A DNA stretch of 64,000 bases from the NCBI GenBank assembly GCA_002414385.1, contig DHZH01000002.1:406914-470913 (forward strand), in the 5' to 3' direction. Origin of the DNA: Gammaproteobacteria bacterium UBA5109 (GTDB lineage Bacteria > Pseudomonadota > Gammaproteobacteria > Pseudomonadales > Pseudohongiellaceae). Made by a program: the position numbers and the translations under genes. The notes beneath the pieces were generated by a model, which had not been told where the DNA came from, did not search any database, and was given only the letters and a program-made list of their open reading frames with translations. Positions 1-11,826 of this stretch are shown here, in pieces. Numbering within the stretch: position 1 is the stretch's first letter; each line of letters opens with the position of its first letter.

Positions 1-2126
1 GCAAGAAGTTAGCGGCTGGCGGTCTACTGAAATATATTCACGGCGGTGAATACCACATGATCAATCCGGATGTGGTTAAAACCCTGCAGGATGCAGCCAA
101 GAGTGGCGATTTTGAGAAGTACCGTAAATTTGCCCAGGTTGTTGATAATCGCCCGTTTTCAACCCTGCGCGATATGCTGGCCCTTCGGGAAGATGTCGAA
201 AGCATTGATGTTGATGAAGTCGAGCCGCTGGAAAATATTCTCAAGCGATTTGATTCAGCCGGAATGTCTCTGGGGGCATTGTCGCCCGAGGCACATGAAG
301 CCCTGGCTCAGGCCATGAACCGACTGGGCGGGCGTTCCAACTCCGGTGAAGGCGGGGAAGATCCAGTCCGCTATAACACTGACAAGGTTTCAAAAATCAA
401 ACAGGTTGCTTCCGGTCGTTTCGGAGTGACGCCACATTACCTGGTAAATGCTGAAGTCTTACAGATTAAAATAGCCCAGGGTGCAAAACCCGGTGAAGGC
501 GGTCAGTTACCCGGTCGTAAAGTGAATGAGCTGATAGCACGGTTACGTTATTCGGTGCCGGGTGTCACTCTTATTTCACCACCACCGCATCATGATATCT
601 ATTCTATTGAGGACCTGGCCCAGCTTATCTTTGATCTCAAGCAGGTTAATCCGGATGCCATGGTTTCAGTCAAACTGGTGGCAGGGCCGGGTGTGGGTAC
701 CATCGCCGCGGGTGTGGCCAAGGCCTACGCAGATTTCATCACCATCTCGGGGCATGACGGAGGAACCGGTGCCAGCCCCTTAACATCAATTCGTTACGCA
801 GGGTCTCCCTGGGAAATGGGTCTGAGCGAAGTACAGCAGGCTTTGCGAGCGAATGACCTGCGTGGACGTATCCGTTTACAGACTGACGGCGGACTGAAAA
901 CCGGACTGGATGTTATAAAAGCGGCAATTCTGGGTGCGGAAAGTTTTGGCTTCGGGACCATTCCAATGATTGCCATGGGTTGTAAATATCTGCGTATCTG
1001 CCATCTGAATAACTGTGCTACCGGTGTTGCGACACAGGACGACGTGCTGCGCGACAAGCATTTTATCGGTGAAGCAGAAATGGTAATGAATTATTTCAAA
1101 TTCGTGGCACAGGATACGCGGCAATGGATGGCACGCCTCGGGGTTAAAAACCTGGTAGACCTGATCGGTCGCACTGATTTATTTGAATTACTTGAGCCGC
1201 AGACAGAAAAGCAGGCCAATATTGATCTGTCCCGTCTGTTGTACAACGATCATATTCCGGCGGACAAGGATCAGTACTGCAAATTACCCAGCAATGATCC
1301 GCTGGATAAAGGTGAACTTGCCGAACGAATGGTCTCTGAAATTCTGCCGGCAATTGAAAGTAAAAGCGGTGGTATTTTTAATTATGAAGTGCAGAACTTC
1401 AACCGTTCCATCGGCGCCCGGCTTTCCGGGGAAATTGCCAAACGCTATGGAAATCAGGGCATGAATGATGCCCCGATCAATATCCGCCTGACCGGTTGTG
1501 TAGGGCAGAGTTTCGGCGTCTGGAATGCTGGCGGGCTGAATATGACTCTGGTAGGAGACGCCAATGACTATGTCGGTAAAGGCATGGCTGGCGGCAAGCT
1601 TGTCATCGTTCCGCCACCGGGAAGTACATTTCGCACCCAGGATACTTCGATTATCGGTAATACCTGCCTGTACGGAGCTACCGGCGGGAAACTATTTGTT
1701 TCGGGCTGTGCGGGTGAACGTTTTGCTGTGCGAAATTCCGGCGTACATGCAGTTGTTGAAGGTGCCGGGGATCACTGTTGTGAATATATGACCGGAGGTA
1801 TCGTCACGGTGCTGGGTAATACCGGGCATAATTTCGGAGCAGGTATGACTGGCGGATTTGCCTATGTACTGGATCAGGATAAAAACTTCGTCGATAAATA
1901 TAACCACCAGCTGGTTGAGGTTCACCGTATTCGCCAGGAAGGCATGGAAGAATACCGACATCATCTGCGCAGTGTGATAGCAGAATATGTCTATGAAACC
2001 GGCAGTGCTTGGGGTCAGGAAATTCTGGATAATTTTGTCGATTATCTGCGCAAGTTCTGGCTGGTGAAGCCTAAAGAGGCCAACATGAAAAACATGTTGG
2101 AAAATATTACCGTTGCCCCGCACTAG
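1..2126 (+). CDS. gltB: Glutamate synthase large subunit, C-terminal ~700 aa; 5' end lies outside the window
   Basis: The frame of ORF 57..2126 stays open back to base 3 ([23 protein letters not shown]). It carries synthase/FMN-domain motifs [36 protein letters not shown] and [13 protein letters not shown], plus a Gly-rich C-terminal beta-helix domain. gltD follows immediately. Confidence 0.95.
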   Translation, partial: KKLAAGGLLKYIHGGEYHMINPDVVKTLQDAAKSGDFEKYRKFAQVVDNRPFSTLRDMLALREDVESIDVDEVEPLENILKRFDSAGMSLGALSPEAHEALAQAMNRLGGRSNSGEGGEDPVRYNTDKVSKIKQVASGRFGVTPHYLVNAEVLQIKIAQGAKPGEGGQLPGRKVNELIARLRYSVPGVTLISPPPHHDIYSIEDLAQLIFDLKQVNPDAMVSVKLVAGPGVGTIAAGVAKAYADFITISGHDGGTGASPLTSIRYAGSPWEMGLSEVQQALRANDLRGRIRLQTDGGLKTGLDVIKAAILGAESFGFGTIPMIAMGCKYLRICHLNNCATGVATQDDVLRDKHFIGEAEMVMNYFKFVAQDTRQWMARLGVKNLVDLIGRTDLFELLEPQTEKQANIDLSRLLYNDHIPADKDQYCKLPSNDPLDKGELAERMVSEILPAIESKSGGIFNYEVQNFNRSIGARLSGEIAKRYGNQGMNDAPINIRLTGCVGQSFGVWNAGGLNMTLVGDANDYVGKGMAGGKLVIVPPPGSTFRTQDTSIIGNTCLYGATGGKLFVSGCAGERFAVRNSGVHAVVEGAGDHCCEYMTGGIVTVLGNTGHNFGAGMTGGFAYVLDQDKNFVDKYNHQLVEVHRIRQEGMEEYRHHLRSVIAEYVYETGSAWGQEILDNFVDYLRKFWLVKPKEANMKNMLENITVAPH

Positions 2127-2131
2127 GCTGA

Positions 2132-3571
<1,440 letters not shown>

Positions 3572-3573
3572 TA

Positions 3574-4638
3574 ATGAGTGAATTAAAAAACGACAGCTTC
3601 CTGAAAGCACTGTTACGTCAGGATGTTGATGTTACGCCAGTCTGGATGATGCGACAGGCCGGACGTTATCTACCCGAATATCGTAAAATCCGCGCAGAAG
3701 CCGGTAACTTCATGAATCTGTGTCAGAATCCCGAGCTGGCCTGCGAAGTTACCCTGCAGCCCCTGAGACGCTTTGATCTGGATGCTGCAATTCTGTTTTC
3801 CGATATCCTGACCATCCCCGATGCCATGGGTCTGGGTTTATATTTTGAAGCAGGCGAAGGCCCAAAGTTTCGTAAACCGGTTCGCACTGCTGCGGATATT
3901 GATGCCCTGCCGGTGGTCAATGCCGAACAGGATCTGGCCTATGTGATGGAGGCAGTGAAACTGATACGCCGTGAATTGAATGGTTCCGTGCCGTTAATCG
4001 GCTTTTCCGGCAGTCCATGGACGGTTGCGACCTATATGGTTGAAGGTGGCAGCAGCAAGGATTTCGCCACCGTCAAAGGCATGATGATGAATGCTCCGGA
4101 AATGATGCATGAGCTGCTGGGTAAAATAGCCGTCTCAGTGACAGATTATCTCAACGCCCAGATTCGTGCCGGTGCCCAGGCAGTACAGATATTTGATACC
4201 TGGGGCGGTGCTCTCAGTCCGCACAATTACCAGACTTTTTCTTTGAATTACATGGAAAAAATCATACAGGGACTGACTCGGGAAAATGATGGCAGACAGG
4301 TGCCGATTATCGTATTCACCAAGAATGGCGGATTATGGCTGGAGCAGATTGCCAATTGTGGCGCTGATTGTGTCGGTCTCGACTGGACCATAAATATAGC
4401 TGATGCCCGCAAACGTGTTGGTGACAAGGTCTCCCTGCAGGGCAATATGGACCCGGCGGTTCTCTATGCAAAGCCGGAAAAAATTCGCGAGGAAGTTGCC
4501 ATGATTCTGGAACAGTTCGGTACCGGCAACGGTCATGTATTCAATCTTGGCCACGGCATTCATCAGCATGTTGATCCGGAGCATGCAAAGGTATTTATTG
4601 ACACAGTGCATGAGCTGTCAAGCCAATACCACCGTTAA
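3574..4638 (+). CDS. hemE: Uroporphyrinogen decarboxylase
   Basis: 354 aa. The N-terminal signature [16 protein letters not shown], the [12 protein letters not shown] motif and the overall length are typical of HemE. Confidence 0.93.
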   Translation: MSELKNDSFLKALLRQDVDVTPVWMMRQAGRYLPEYRKIRAEAGNFMNLCQNPELACEVTLQPLRRFDLDAAILFSDILTIPDAMGLGLYFEAGEGPKFRKPVRTAADIDALPVVNAEQDLAYVMEAVKLIRRELNGSVPLIGFSGSPWTVATYMVEGGSSKDFATVKGMMMNAPEMMHELLGKIAVSVTDYLNAQIRAGAQAVQIFDTWGGALSPHNYQTFSLNYMEKIIQGLTRENDGRQVPIIVFTKNGGLWLEQIANCGADCVGLDWTINIADARKRVGDKVSLQGNMDPAVLYAKPEKIREEVAMILEQFGTGNGHVFNLGHGIHQHVDPEHAKVFIDTVHELSSQYHR

Positions 4639-4958
4639 AAGCTAATACGCGCGTAACGCTTTATCCATCTATTAGATTGATCGTTAAATCTCTGAAAAAT
4701 TTTGAATTATTGGAGATATAAATTCCCTTCTGAATTTTAATTTTGCTTCGATTTTACTGCGTTTGAGGCGCTTTAAACTCACAATTGAAACACCTTTGAA
4801 TCCGAAAATGTGCTGATGGCGCATTCAACCAGGGATTTCAGCGATTATTTCCTACGGAAAAACTGATTTCAAGATTCTCTGAAGAAATGATGGGTTTACA
4901 TTGAATCGATGTAAAATTCATCTCGTCTTATCTGCCTATGAAGGGTTAGAATCGCCCT

Positions 4959-5459
4959 ATGCAGATTAGCAACTTTGGGGATTTTGCGTTTATCGGACTG
5001 GGTTCCAATCTGGGTTCGACTATCGGTTCGCCCCGGGAAAATATCCTGGAAGCCATCAGGCGCCTGGAAAAACTCAGCGATGATCCTTTAATTATTTCAT
5101 CCCTGCAGGAAACTGCACCGGTAGATTGTCCACCGGGTTCACCTGATTTCATCAATGCCGTAGTGGCACTTTTACCCCAGCAGGATGAAACAGCGGAAAG
5201 CCTGCTGCAGGCTATGCAGCGCATTGAAAGCAGTATGGGCAGGGTGCGAAGTGGTCTGCATAATGAAGCGCGGATCATTGACCTGGACCTATTACTTTTT
5301 CACGAGCAGCAGGTTAATACCGATGAACTGATCGTGCCACATCAGGGTATGCTGGACAGAAAATTTGTCATGGAGCCGCTGGCAGAAATTCTGGAAAAAG
5401 ATGAAGTACAGAAGGTAAAAACCTTTATCAAAAAAAACTCCGCTAAAAAGCGGAGTTAA
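4959..5459 (+). CDS. folK: 2-amino-4-hydroxy-6-hydroxymethyldihydropteridine pyrophosphokinase
   Basis: 166 aa. Motifs FIGLGSNLG, RIIDLDLLLF and PHQGMLDRKFVMEPL match the HPPK family. Confidence 0.85.
   Translation: MQISNFGDFAFIGLGSNLGSTIGSPRENILEAIRRLEKLSDDPLIISSLQETAPVDCPPGSPDFINAVVALLPQQDETAESLLQAMQRIESSMGRVRSGLHNEARIIDLDLLLFHEQQVNTDELIVPHQGMLDRKFVMEPLAEILEKDEVQKVKTFIKKNSAKKRS
5430..5456 (-). terminator. Candidate intrinsic terminator for bioA, read on the minus strand and embedded in the last codons of folK
   Basis: The minus strand reads ACTCCGC-ttttta-GCGGAGT followed by a T-run of 7-8. It lies ~160 nt downstream of the convergent bioA stop. On the plus strand no T-run follows. Confidence 0.5.
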
Positions 5460-5616
5460 TGAGTGACACCAGCTAAAGTCCCGAGAATACCAACTTCCAC
5501 ATCGAGCAACTGTGCACAGCAGTTCAAGTGGGGGAAGCACCTTGAATCGATATTTGAAGTTTAATACTCGTTCCAGGCCTTGAAGCGAACCAGTTCACAA
5601 AATCTGTAATTGGGGT

Positions 5617-6897
5617 TTATTTTCTGTGAAGCCGGCGACGGGTAAATTTATGCATGCTCTGGCTCAGCTGCTGCAGTTCTTCTGCTTCGATAATATAGGG
5701 CGGCATAATATAGACCAGCTTGCCAAAGGGCCGAATCCAGACGCCTTCATCGACAAAAAATTGCTGGGCTTCATGCAAATTTACCGCTTCATGCATTTCG
5801 ACAACGCCTATGGCGCCGAGTACCCGCACATCCTGGACCGACTCTTCCTGCAGACAGGGAGCCAGTTCCTGGCCTAACTGTTTTTCAATGGTCTCAATAC
5901 GGCTTTTCCAGTCTGATTCAAGCAGGAGCCTGATGCTGGCACAGGAGGCGGCACAGGCCAGGGGATTTGCCATAAATGTCGGACCATGCATCAAGACTCC
6001 GCCATCCCCGGAGATACCTTCACTGATACGGGAGTTACAAAGGGTTGCTGCCAGGCTCATATAGCCACCGGTCATGGCTTTACCAATGCACATGATGTCA
6101 GGGGCGATATCGGCATGCTCACAGGCAAATAATTTACCAGTGCGTCCAAAACCGGTCGCAATTTCATCGGCAATCAGCAAGACATCAAATTCATCACACA
6201 ATTGCCTTGCCTTAAGCAGATACTCCGCCGAATAGAACCACATGCCGCCGGCTCCCTGTACGATGGGTTCGAGTATAAGCGCAGCAATATCCTTATGGTG
6301 GGTTTCAAGCAGCGAACGAATACTGTGAAGATCCTCTTCAGTGCAGGGGCTGCCGAAGCGACAGGAAGGGCGTTCAGCAAAATAGTTTTGCGGCAGGATA
6401 CCTCTGAACAGTTCATGCATACCGGTGACCGGGTCACAGACCGACATCGCGGCAAAAGTGTCGCCATGATAGGCACCACGTAAACTGAGCAGTTTGTTTT
6501 TTTTATATTGCCCCTTGCTCATCCAGTATTGTTTGGCCATTTTGATGGCCACTTCCACGGCAACTGAACCGGAGTCGGAAATAAAAACCTGTTGCAGAGG
6601 GGCCGGAGTCAGGTTCACCAGCAGGCGGCAAAGTTCTATAGCAGGTTCATGAGTCAGTCCGCCGAACATGACATGTGACATCCGGTCAATTTGCTTTTTT
6701 ATTGCACTATTCAGTTCCGGGTTCTGGTAGCCGTGAATAACACTCCACCAGGAAGCCATACCATCAATCAGGCGTCTGCCGTCTTCCAGTTCAATGGTCA
6801 CGCCGTCTGCTGAAACCACCGGAAAAACAGGCAAGGGAGCCTGCATTGAGGTGTAGGGGTGCCAGATATGTGCCTTGTCAAATTCCAGATCAATCAT
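5617..6897 (-). CDS. bioA: Adenosylmethionine-8-amino-7-oxononanoate aminotransferase
   Basis: The class III aminotransferase begins MIDLEFDKAHIWHPYTS, the same pattern as the E. coli BioA N-terminus as I recall it. I prefer the internal ATG at 6897 over the ORF-track start at 6945. A PLP region (DEIATGFGRTGK) is present. Confidence 0.92.
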   Translation of the reverse strand: MIDLEFDKAHIWHPYTSMQAPLPVFPVVSADGVTIELEDGRRLIDGMASWWSVIHGYQNPELNSAIKKQIDRMSHVMFGGLTHEPAIELCRLLVNLTPAPLQQVFISDSGSVAVEVAIKMAKQYWMSKGQYKKNKLLSLRGAYHGDTFAAMSVCDPVTGMHELFRGILPQNYFAERPSCRFGSPCTEEDLHSIRSLLETHHKDIAALILEPIVQGAGGMWFYSAEYLLKARQLCDEFDVLLIADEIATGFGRTGKLFACEHADIAPDIMCIGKAMTGGYMSLAATLCNSRISEGISGDGGVLMHGPTFMANPLACAASCASIRLLLESDWKSRIETIEKQLGQELAPCLQEESVQDVRVLGAIGVVEMHEAVNLHEAQQFFVDEGVWIRPFGKLVYIMPPYIIEAEELQQLSQSMHKFTRRRLHRK

Positions 6898-7015
6898 GCC
6901 CGGCGATTGTACTTGAAAGCGCCGTATAATGCCCATAAGAGGCATTGGACTAATGCTGGAAGATTAGGTAGCCTTTGCTCCTCAAAACAAGAAAATCGCT
7001 GCTAGCGGAGGAAGT

Positions 7016-7387
7016 ATGAAATCAACGTTTAAGAGCTTTGGCCTGGGCTTTGCATTGTTCGCAATGACATCGTCTCTCGGATTTGCCCAGGATAGGCCTA
7101 TTGCCGGGGCCAACTGTGAGAACCCGGTACCACCCAGTATCACCAATTCATCAAGTCAGAATATGGATATGCTGCTGGATGCTCAGGATGCGGTTCAAGG
7201 TTTTATTGAAGCATCGAATAATTTTATTGCCTGTGTTGACCGGGTTATTGACCGTCGTTCAGAATCAGCAAGTCAGGAACAGCTGGATGCCTGGACTGCA
7301 CTGATCAATGATAATGTAGAAGCTCAGGAAACTGTTGCTGCTGCTTTTAATGAACAAGTACGCATGTTTAATGAAAGCCAGGAATAA
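7016..7387 (+). CDS. Small secreted/periplasmic protein of unknown function
   Basis: 123 aa with a clear signal peptide (MKSTFKSFGLGFALFAMTSSLGFA-QD) and two Cys. No family recognised. A hairpin terminator follows. Confidence 0.5.
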   Translation: MKSTFKSFGLGFALFAMTSSLGFAQDRPIAGANCENPVPPSITNSSSQNMDMLLDAQDAVQGFIEASNNFIACVDRVIDRRSESASQEQLDAWTALINDNVEAQETVAAAFNEQVRMFNESQE

Positions 7388-7401
7388 TTTTTACCGAGTT
7401 T

Positions 7402-7428
7402 AAAAAAAGGGCCTGGTGCCCTTTTTTT
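7402..7428. terminator. Bidirectional intrinsic terminator between convergent genes
   Basis: The sequence reads AAAAAAAGGGC-ctggt-GCCCTTTTTTT, a GC stem flanked by an A-run and a T-run. It lies between the 7016..7387 ORF (+) and dcp (-). Confidence 0.55.
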
Positions 7429-7449
7429 ATGCCACTTTTTTTGTATTGC

Positions 7450-9627
7450 TCAATTCAGTCCACGTCTTTCCAGCAGGGGAGCAACTTCCGCTTCCCTGCC
7501 ACGAAAATCGATATAAAGCGTCATGGCATCGACACTGCCACCTTTTGATAGAAGACTTTCACGAAAATGCTGGCCATTTTCACGACCAAGTCCGCCATTT
7601 TCCCGAAACCATTCCACAGTATCAGCATCCAGTACTTCGCTCCAGATATAGGAGTAGTACCCTGCTGCATAACCGCCCATGATGTGGGAAAAATAGGTCA
7701 AGCGGTAGCGTGGCGGTACTACCGACGGATCGAAACCGGCCTCCTGCAAAACACGTTCTTCAAAAGCCATGATTTCATTGGCAGCAGGCACTTCCTCCGG
7801 AGTCAGCTGATGCAGAGCCAAATCCGTTACAGATGCAGCAAGGTATTCAGTGGAAGCAAAACCCTGGTTAAATTGCATGGCTTCCAGCACCCGTTCCAGC
7901 AATTCTGCCGGCAGGGGTTCACCGGTTTCATAATGCACGGCATAGTTGCTCAAAACTTCAGGCCAGTCCGCCCACATTTCATTTACCTGGGAAGGAAACT
8001 CGACAAAATCACGCGGTACGCTGGTGCCGGAAAAAGATGGAAATCTTACATCGGAAAACATGCCATGCAGTGCATGGCCGAATTCATGAAACATGGTAAC
8101 GACTTCATCAAAACTCATCAGCGTAGCTTCACCGGGCGGGGGTTCGGTAATATTGAGGTGATTGGCCACCACAGGTTGCAAGCCCAGCAAATCTGACTGG
8201 CGTACATAAGAGTTCATCCAGGCGCCGCCGTTTTTGCTGGGCCGGGCGTACATGTCCATGATGAAAAATGCCAGGGTTGTGCCGTCATCAGAAAAGACCT
8301 CAAATACCCGGACATCTTCCTGGTACACCGGCAGGTCATTGCGTTCCTGAAAAGTTATCCCGTAGAGTTGTTCAGCAGCATAAAACACACCATTATGCAG
8401 AACGTTATTTACTTCGAAATAGGGACGTAACTGGCTTTCATCAAACTGATAGCGTTCCTGCCTGACTTTCTCTGCATAGTAGGCCCAGTCCCAGGCTGCC
8501 AGTTGAAAATCACCGCCCTCGGCATCAATCATGGCTTGCAGGTCAGCGGCTTCCTGACGCGCATTGCGCACTGCCGGTGTAGTCAGGTCAGCCAGTTGTT
8601 GATTAACAGCGGCCACACCAGGAGCAGTCTGGTTCTGCAGGATATATTCGGCATAGTTGTTAAAACCCAGTAACTGGGCTTTTTCCGCTCGCAACTGAGC
8701 TGTGCGGCTGAGTAAAGCCCGGTTATCAAATTCTCCACCCCGATGTCCGCGGGACAAAGAAGCCTCATGGATACGCTGTCGCAGGGCGCGGTTTTCCAGT
8801 GAAGCCAGCAGGGGCTGCCCACTGGTATTCAATAATGGTAAAACATATTTTCCGGCCAGGTCGCGACTCTCTGCTTCATCGGCTGCTGCCTGGATTTCAG
8901 CGGAGCTCAAACCGGCGAGTTCTGCTTCACTGTCCACGATTACCGCCATTGCATTGACTTCGTTGAGCACGTTCTGACCAAAACGGGTGCCAAGCTCAGC
9001 AAGTTCGCCGTTTAATTCTCGCAGCCTGGCCTGATCCTGTTCGGAAAGCCGGGCACCGGCGCGGATAAAATCTTTATGGGTTTCTACCAGCAGACGGAGT
9101 TGCTCATCATCAAGGTTGAGAGAGTCGCGTTGTTGATATAGGGAATCGATTCTGCTGAACAGCGAAGGGTTGAGATAAATCCGGTCATTGTGAGCAGACA
9201 GTTGCGGAGCCACTTCGGTTTCAATGGCATTGAGTGCATCATTGGTATGGGCCGAGGTCATGGAAAAAAACTGCGTGCTGACGCGGCTCAACAAGCGACC
9301 GGATTGTTCAAGCCTTACCAGCGTATTGTCAAATGTCGGCGCTGAACGCTGATTGGCGATAGCCTCGACTTCCTGCATATGTTCAGCCATGCCCTGCGCA
9401 AAAGCCGGTAGATAATGTTCAGGCCTGATCAGGTCAAACTGTGGGTATTCGAAAATCAGCGGGCTTGGACTTAACAGGGGATTATCATTATTCATGTTTT
9501 GCATATCATTGCTTGCTTCGGGTGCAGGACTGTTTGCCTGATTGTTCTGCTCGGGACCTTCGCCGGATTCACCGGAACAGGCGCCAAGGAGAAGGCCAAC
9601 TAACAGGGGAATGGCAATATTTTTCAT
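7450..9627 (-). CDS. dcp: M3-family peptidyl-dipeptidase (Dcp-like), lipoprotein
   Basis: 725 aa. Lipobox LLGAC near the N-terminus, zinc motif HEFGHALHG, and M3 family-like sequence throughout. Confidence 0.88.
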   Translation of the reverse strand: MKNIAIPLLVGLLLGACSGESGEGPEQNNQANSPAPEASNDMQNMNNDNPLLSPSPLIFEYPQFDLIRPEHYLPAFAQGMAEHMQEVEAIANQRSAPTFDNTLVRLEQSGRLLSRVSTQFFSMTSAHTNDALNAIETEVAPQLSAHNDRIYLNPSLFSRIDSLYQQRDSLNLDDEQLRLLVETHKDFIRAGARLSEQDQARLRELNGELAELGTRFGQNVLNEVNAMAVIVDSEAELAGLSSAEIQAAADEAESRDLAGKYVLPLLNTSGQPLLASLENRALRQRIHEASLSRGHRGGEFDNRALLSRTAQLRAEKAQLLGFNNYAEYILQNQTAPGVAAVNQQLADLTTPAVRNARQEAADLQAMIDAEGGDFQLAAWDWAYYAEKVRQERYQFDESQLRPYFEVNNVLHNGVFYAAEQLYGITFQERNDLPVYQEDVRVFEVFSDDGTTLAFFIMDMYARPSKNGGAWMNSYVRQSDLLGLQPVVANHLNITEPPPGEATLMSFDEVVTMFHEFGHALHGMFSDVRFPSFSGTSVPRDFVEFPSQVNEMWADWPEVLSNYAVHYETGEPLPAELLERVLEAMQFNQGFASTEYLAASVTDLALHQLTPEEVPAANEIMAFEERVLQEAGFDPSVVPPRYRLTYFSHIMGGYAAGYYSYIWSEVLDADTVEWFRENGGLGRENGQHFRESLLSKGGSVDAMTLYIDFRGREAEVAPLLERRGLN

Positions 9628-9631
9628 GGTA

Positions 9632-10015
9632 TTATTTTTTTAATTCTTCTGAAGACTTCAATGTAATCGGAAAATAGTACCTAAGCAACTGGGCCAGCAA
9701 TATTCCGCTGGCAATCCCGACACTGTTGGCCAGCATATCAGCCCATTCTCCATAACGGTTAAGGTATGGCTGTACAAGCTCGATTCCTCCGCTGTAGGCA
9801 AGATAGGCAAATATTACCAGCCACCAGTATCTGGGTTGACGAAAAGCCACAGGGAATGTGAGGGCTGCGAAGGCAATAAGGTGGTGCAGTTTGTCACTGC
9901 CTGGAAACGGTGGGAGCTGGTCCAGTGGCGTCAGGGTAAGTATGCCAATGGCTGCGAGTAAAAACAGACTCAGGGCCAGCCAGTATTGTGATACTAATCG
10001 CAGACTATATTGCAC
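9632..10015 (-). CDS. VanZ-like family membrane protein
   Basis: 127 aa with four hydrophobic segments. The DKLHHLIAFAAL and GGIELVQ motifs are typical of VanZ-like proteins. Confidence 0.7.
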   Translation of the reverse strand: MQYSLRLVSQYWLALSLFLLAAIGILTLTPLDQLPPFPGSDKLHHLIAFAALTFPVAFRQPRYWWLVIFAYLAYSGGIELVQPYLNRYGEWADMLANSVGIASGILLAQLLRYYFPITLKSSEELKK

Positions 10016-10025
10016 CGGGAATCAA

Positions 10026-10391
10026 TCAGGAATCAAGCCAGGCTTCTGCTGCTTCCCGCTCATTAAGATCAAAGGCTTTGATTTTCATCCAGGGCAGTAA
10101 CATGCCCTCCATTTCAGCAGCTTTCTGCAGCCAGAGCTTGTCTGTCAGTACCGCACCCCGGCTAAAGTTTTTAATCAGTGCGAACATGGCAGGTAAACGT
10201 GAAAACTCGTGGATAACAGCACTTAAAGTCGGCAAATGAAATTCAGTAACGGTATAAAGCATTTTGCCTTCACGTATATCACGGGCTTTATCTTCCAGTT
10301 CATCCAGCGCTGTTTTCATTTCATCCTTGTCGAGTTTACCGTTCAGTTCGATATCGATACGGTCTTCGGCAACTTTAATAATTCTGATCAT
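10026..10391 (-). CDS. STAS/SpoIIAA-like (DUF3478-type) protein
   Basis: 121 aa. The pattern IELNGKLDKDEM ... AVLTDKLWLQKAAEMEG resembles the STAS-like DUF3478 family. This call is from memory of the family. Confidence 0.55.
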   Translation of the reverse strand: MIRIIKVAEDRIDIELNGKLDKDEMKTALDELEDKARDIREGKMLYTVTEFHLPTLSAVIHEFSRLPAMFALIKNFSRGAVLTDKLWLQKAAEMEGMLLPWMKIKAFDLNEREAAEAWLDS

Positions 10392-10416
10392 AACTTCCTC
10401 AGTTTATAAGTAACTG

Positions 10417-10542
10417 TCACTGTAACAGGAACAGGCCGATTCCCGCGACTAACAGTACAGCGCTTGCCAGCACCAGCAAGCGAATAATTTTTTCCGCATT
10501 GTGAGGGTGATAATGCCTGATGAGTTTTACGATATGTAACAT
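10417..10542 (-). CDS. Possible 41-aa small membrane protein, not in the ORF track
   Basis: My own translation of the minus strand gives MLHIVKLIRHYHPHNAEKIIRLLVLASAVLLVAGIGLFLLQ*. It has a basic N-terminus and one TM helix, and fills an otherwise empty 220-nt gap. No homology evidence. Confidence 0.25.
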   Translation of the reverse strand: MLHIVKLIRHYHPHNAEKIIRLLVLASAVLLVAGIGLFLLQ

Positions 10543-10612
10543 GGCTTCACTATCTGGGTCTTTTTTTAATCCTATTACTGCTCAGGTCTGACAGCAAGCT
10601 AATATTAATGCT

Positions 10613-10861
10613 TTAATCTGCAGTGTCTTTTTCTATCGCGTAGATGGCTTCATCAATATTTTCAGCCATTTGCGTGAGGATGTCGCGTGCATCATATAAG
10701 CCGCGGTTATAAAAGTAGGGCCCTATCTGCTTGGTGAAAAAATCCAGCAGGAATTCGGCATCGAATTGACCGATCTCCTGCTTCAATTCATCCTCAAAAT
10801 AAGTTTTGATTTTCTCGATAATTCTTGATTTTTCTTCCTCAGTAAACTTGATATCAGACAT
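10613..10861 (-). CDS. DUF2164-family protein
   Basis: 82 aa. FDAEFLLDFFTKQIGPYFYNRGLYDA resembles the DUF2164 signature. Confidence 0.6.
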   Translation of the reverse strand: MSDIKFTEEEKSRIIEKIKTYFEDELKQEIGQFDAEFLLDFFTKQIGPYFYNRGLYDARDILTQMAENIDEAIYAIEKDTAD

Positions 10862-10874
10862 ATTGAACCAGTTT

Positions 10875-11540
10875 TCAAATGGATAGTGTGGTTATATCCC
10901 GGGGCTTGTTGCACAGGACTTTTGCGCCTGCAGTACATAATTCCTCCTCTGAACCATATCCCCAGAGCACACCCACGGGATAGATATGATTATCCCGGGC
11001 GCCATTAATGTCATGGTAACGGTCGCCAATCATTATTGTAAGCTCTTTATCCAGAGCGGAGTCATCAAGTACATGTGCAATCAAGTCACTTTTTAGATCA
11101 AATCGGCCATCCAGTTCGGCGCCATAGATAGCTTGAAAAAATTCAGCCAGGCCAAAATGCTGTATTATTTTTTCAGCATAAACTTGCGGTTTTGAGGTTG
11201 CGATATATAGTTTTCTGCCCTGTTCTGTCAGCGATGAAAGCATTTCTGGAATACCTTCATATACACTGTTTTCATACAGGCCCTTGGTCCGGAAGCGTTC
11301 GCGATAAATACTGACTGCCACCTCAATATCATTTTTATTGCTATGGGCCGGTAACAAGGCTTTGAAAACCTCTCTTAAAGAGGCGCCAATAAAGTTTTCG
11401 AGTGGCGTATCTGGAGAGGATGAAAGCTTGAGCTCCGACAGTGTGTGTTCAAGACAGGCAACTATTCCTGGCCTGGAGTCAGTCAGCGTACCGTCCAGGT
11501 CGAACAGAATATTCACTGGCTTACTTTCCTGTGACAACAC
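10875..11540 (-). CDS. HAD-superfamily hydrolase (phosphoglycolate phosphatase-like)
   Basis: 221 aa. HAD motif I is LFDLDGTLTDS, motif II is ATSK, and motif III/IV is GDRYHDINGA. Confidence 0.8.
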   Translation of the reverse strand: MLSQESKPVNILFDLDGTLTDSRPGIVACLEHTLSELKLSSSPDTPLENFIGASLREVFKALLPAHSNKNDIEVAVSIYRERFRTKGLYENSVYEGIPEMLSSLTEQGRKLYIATSKPQVYAEKIIQHFGLAEFFQAIYGAELDGRFDLKSDLIAHVLDDSALDKELTIMIGDRYHDINGARDNHIYPVGVLWGYGSEEELCTAGAKVLCNKPRDITTLSI

Positions 11541-11796
11541 GCCATTCCCGTATACGCCATTTAGTTACCAGCCCATTTTGCACATACGGGTCTTGCCTGA
11601 CAAACTCCTCAATATGCTCTTTATTCTCCGTTTTGAATACCAGAACTGCACCATCAACTGGATCAGCAAAGGCTCCGGCAAGCTGGATTTCACCTTGTTC
11701 CAGATACTCATTTACCAGAGCAAGATGCGCCTCTCTGTATGGAGTGCGCTTATCAACAACATTTTCAATGTAATCATAGAAAAGCAGGAAATACAT
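11521..11796 (-). CDS. YciI-like protein
   Basis: 91 aa. The pattern R.PYREAHLALV...G.I.LAGAF...G..LVF......I..FV..DPY matches the YciI family. Confidence 0.7.
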   Translation of the reverse strand: MYFLLFYDYIENVVDKRTPYREAHLALVNEYLEQGEIQLAGAFADPVDGAVLVFKTENKEHIEEFVRQDPYVQNGLVTKWRIREWRVVTGK

Positions 11797-11826
11797 ATAC
11801 CCTCCTTAATAAAATTTTAAGAGTAT

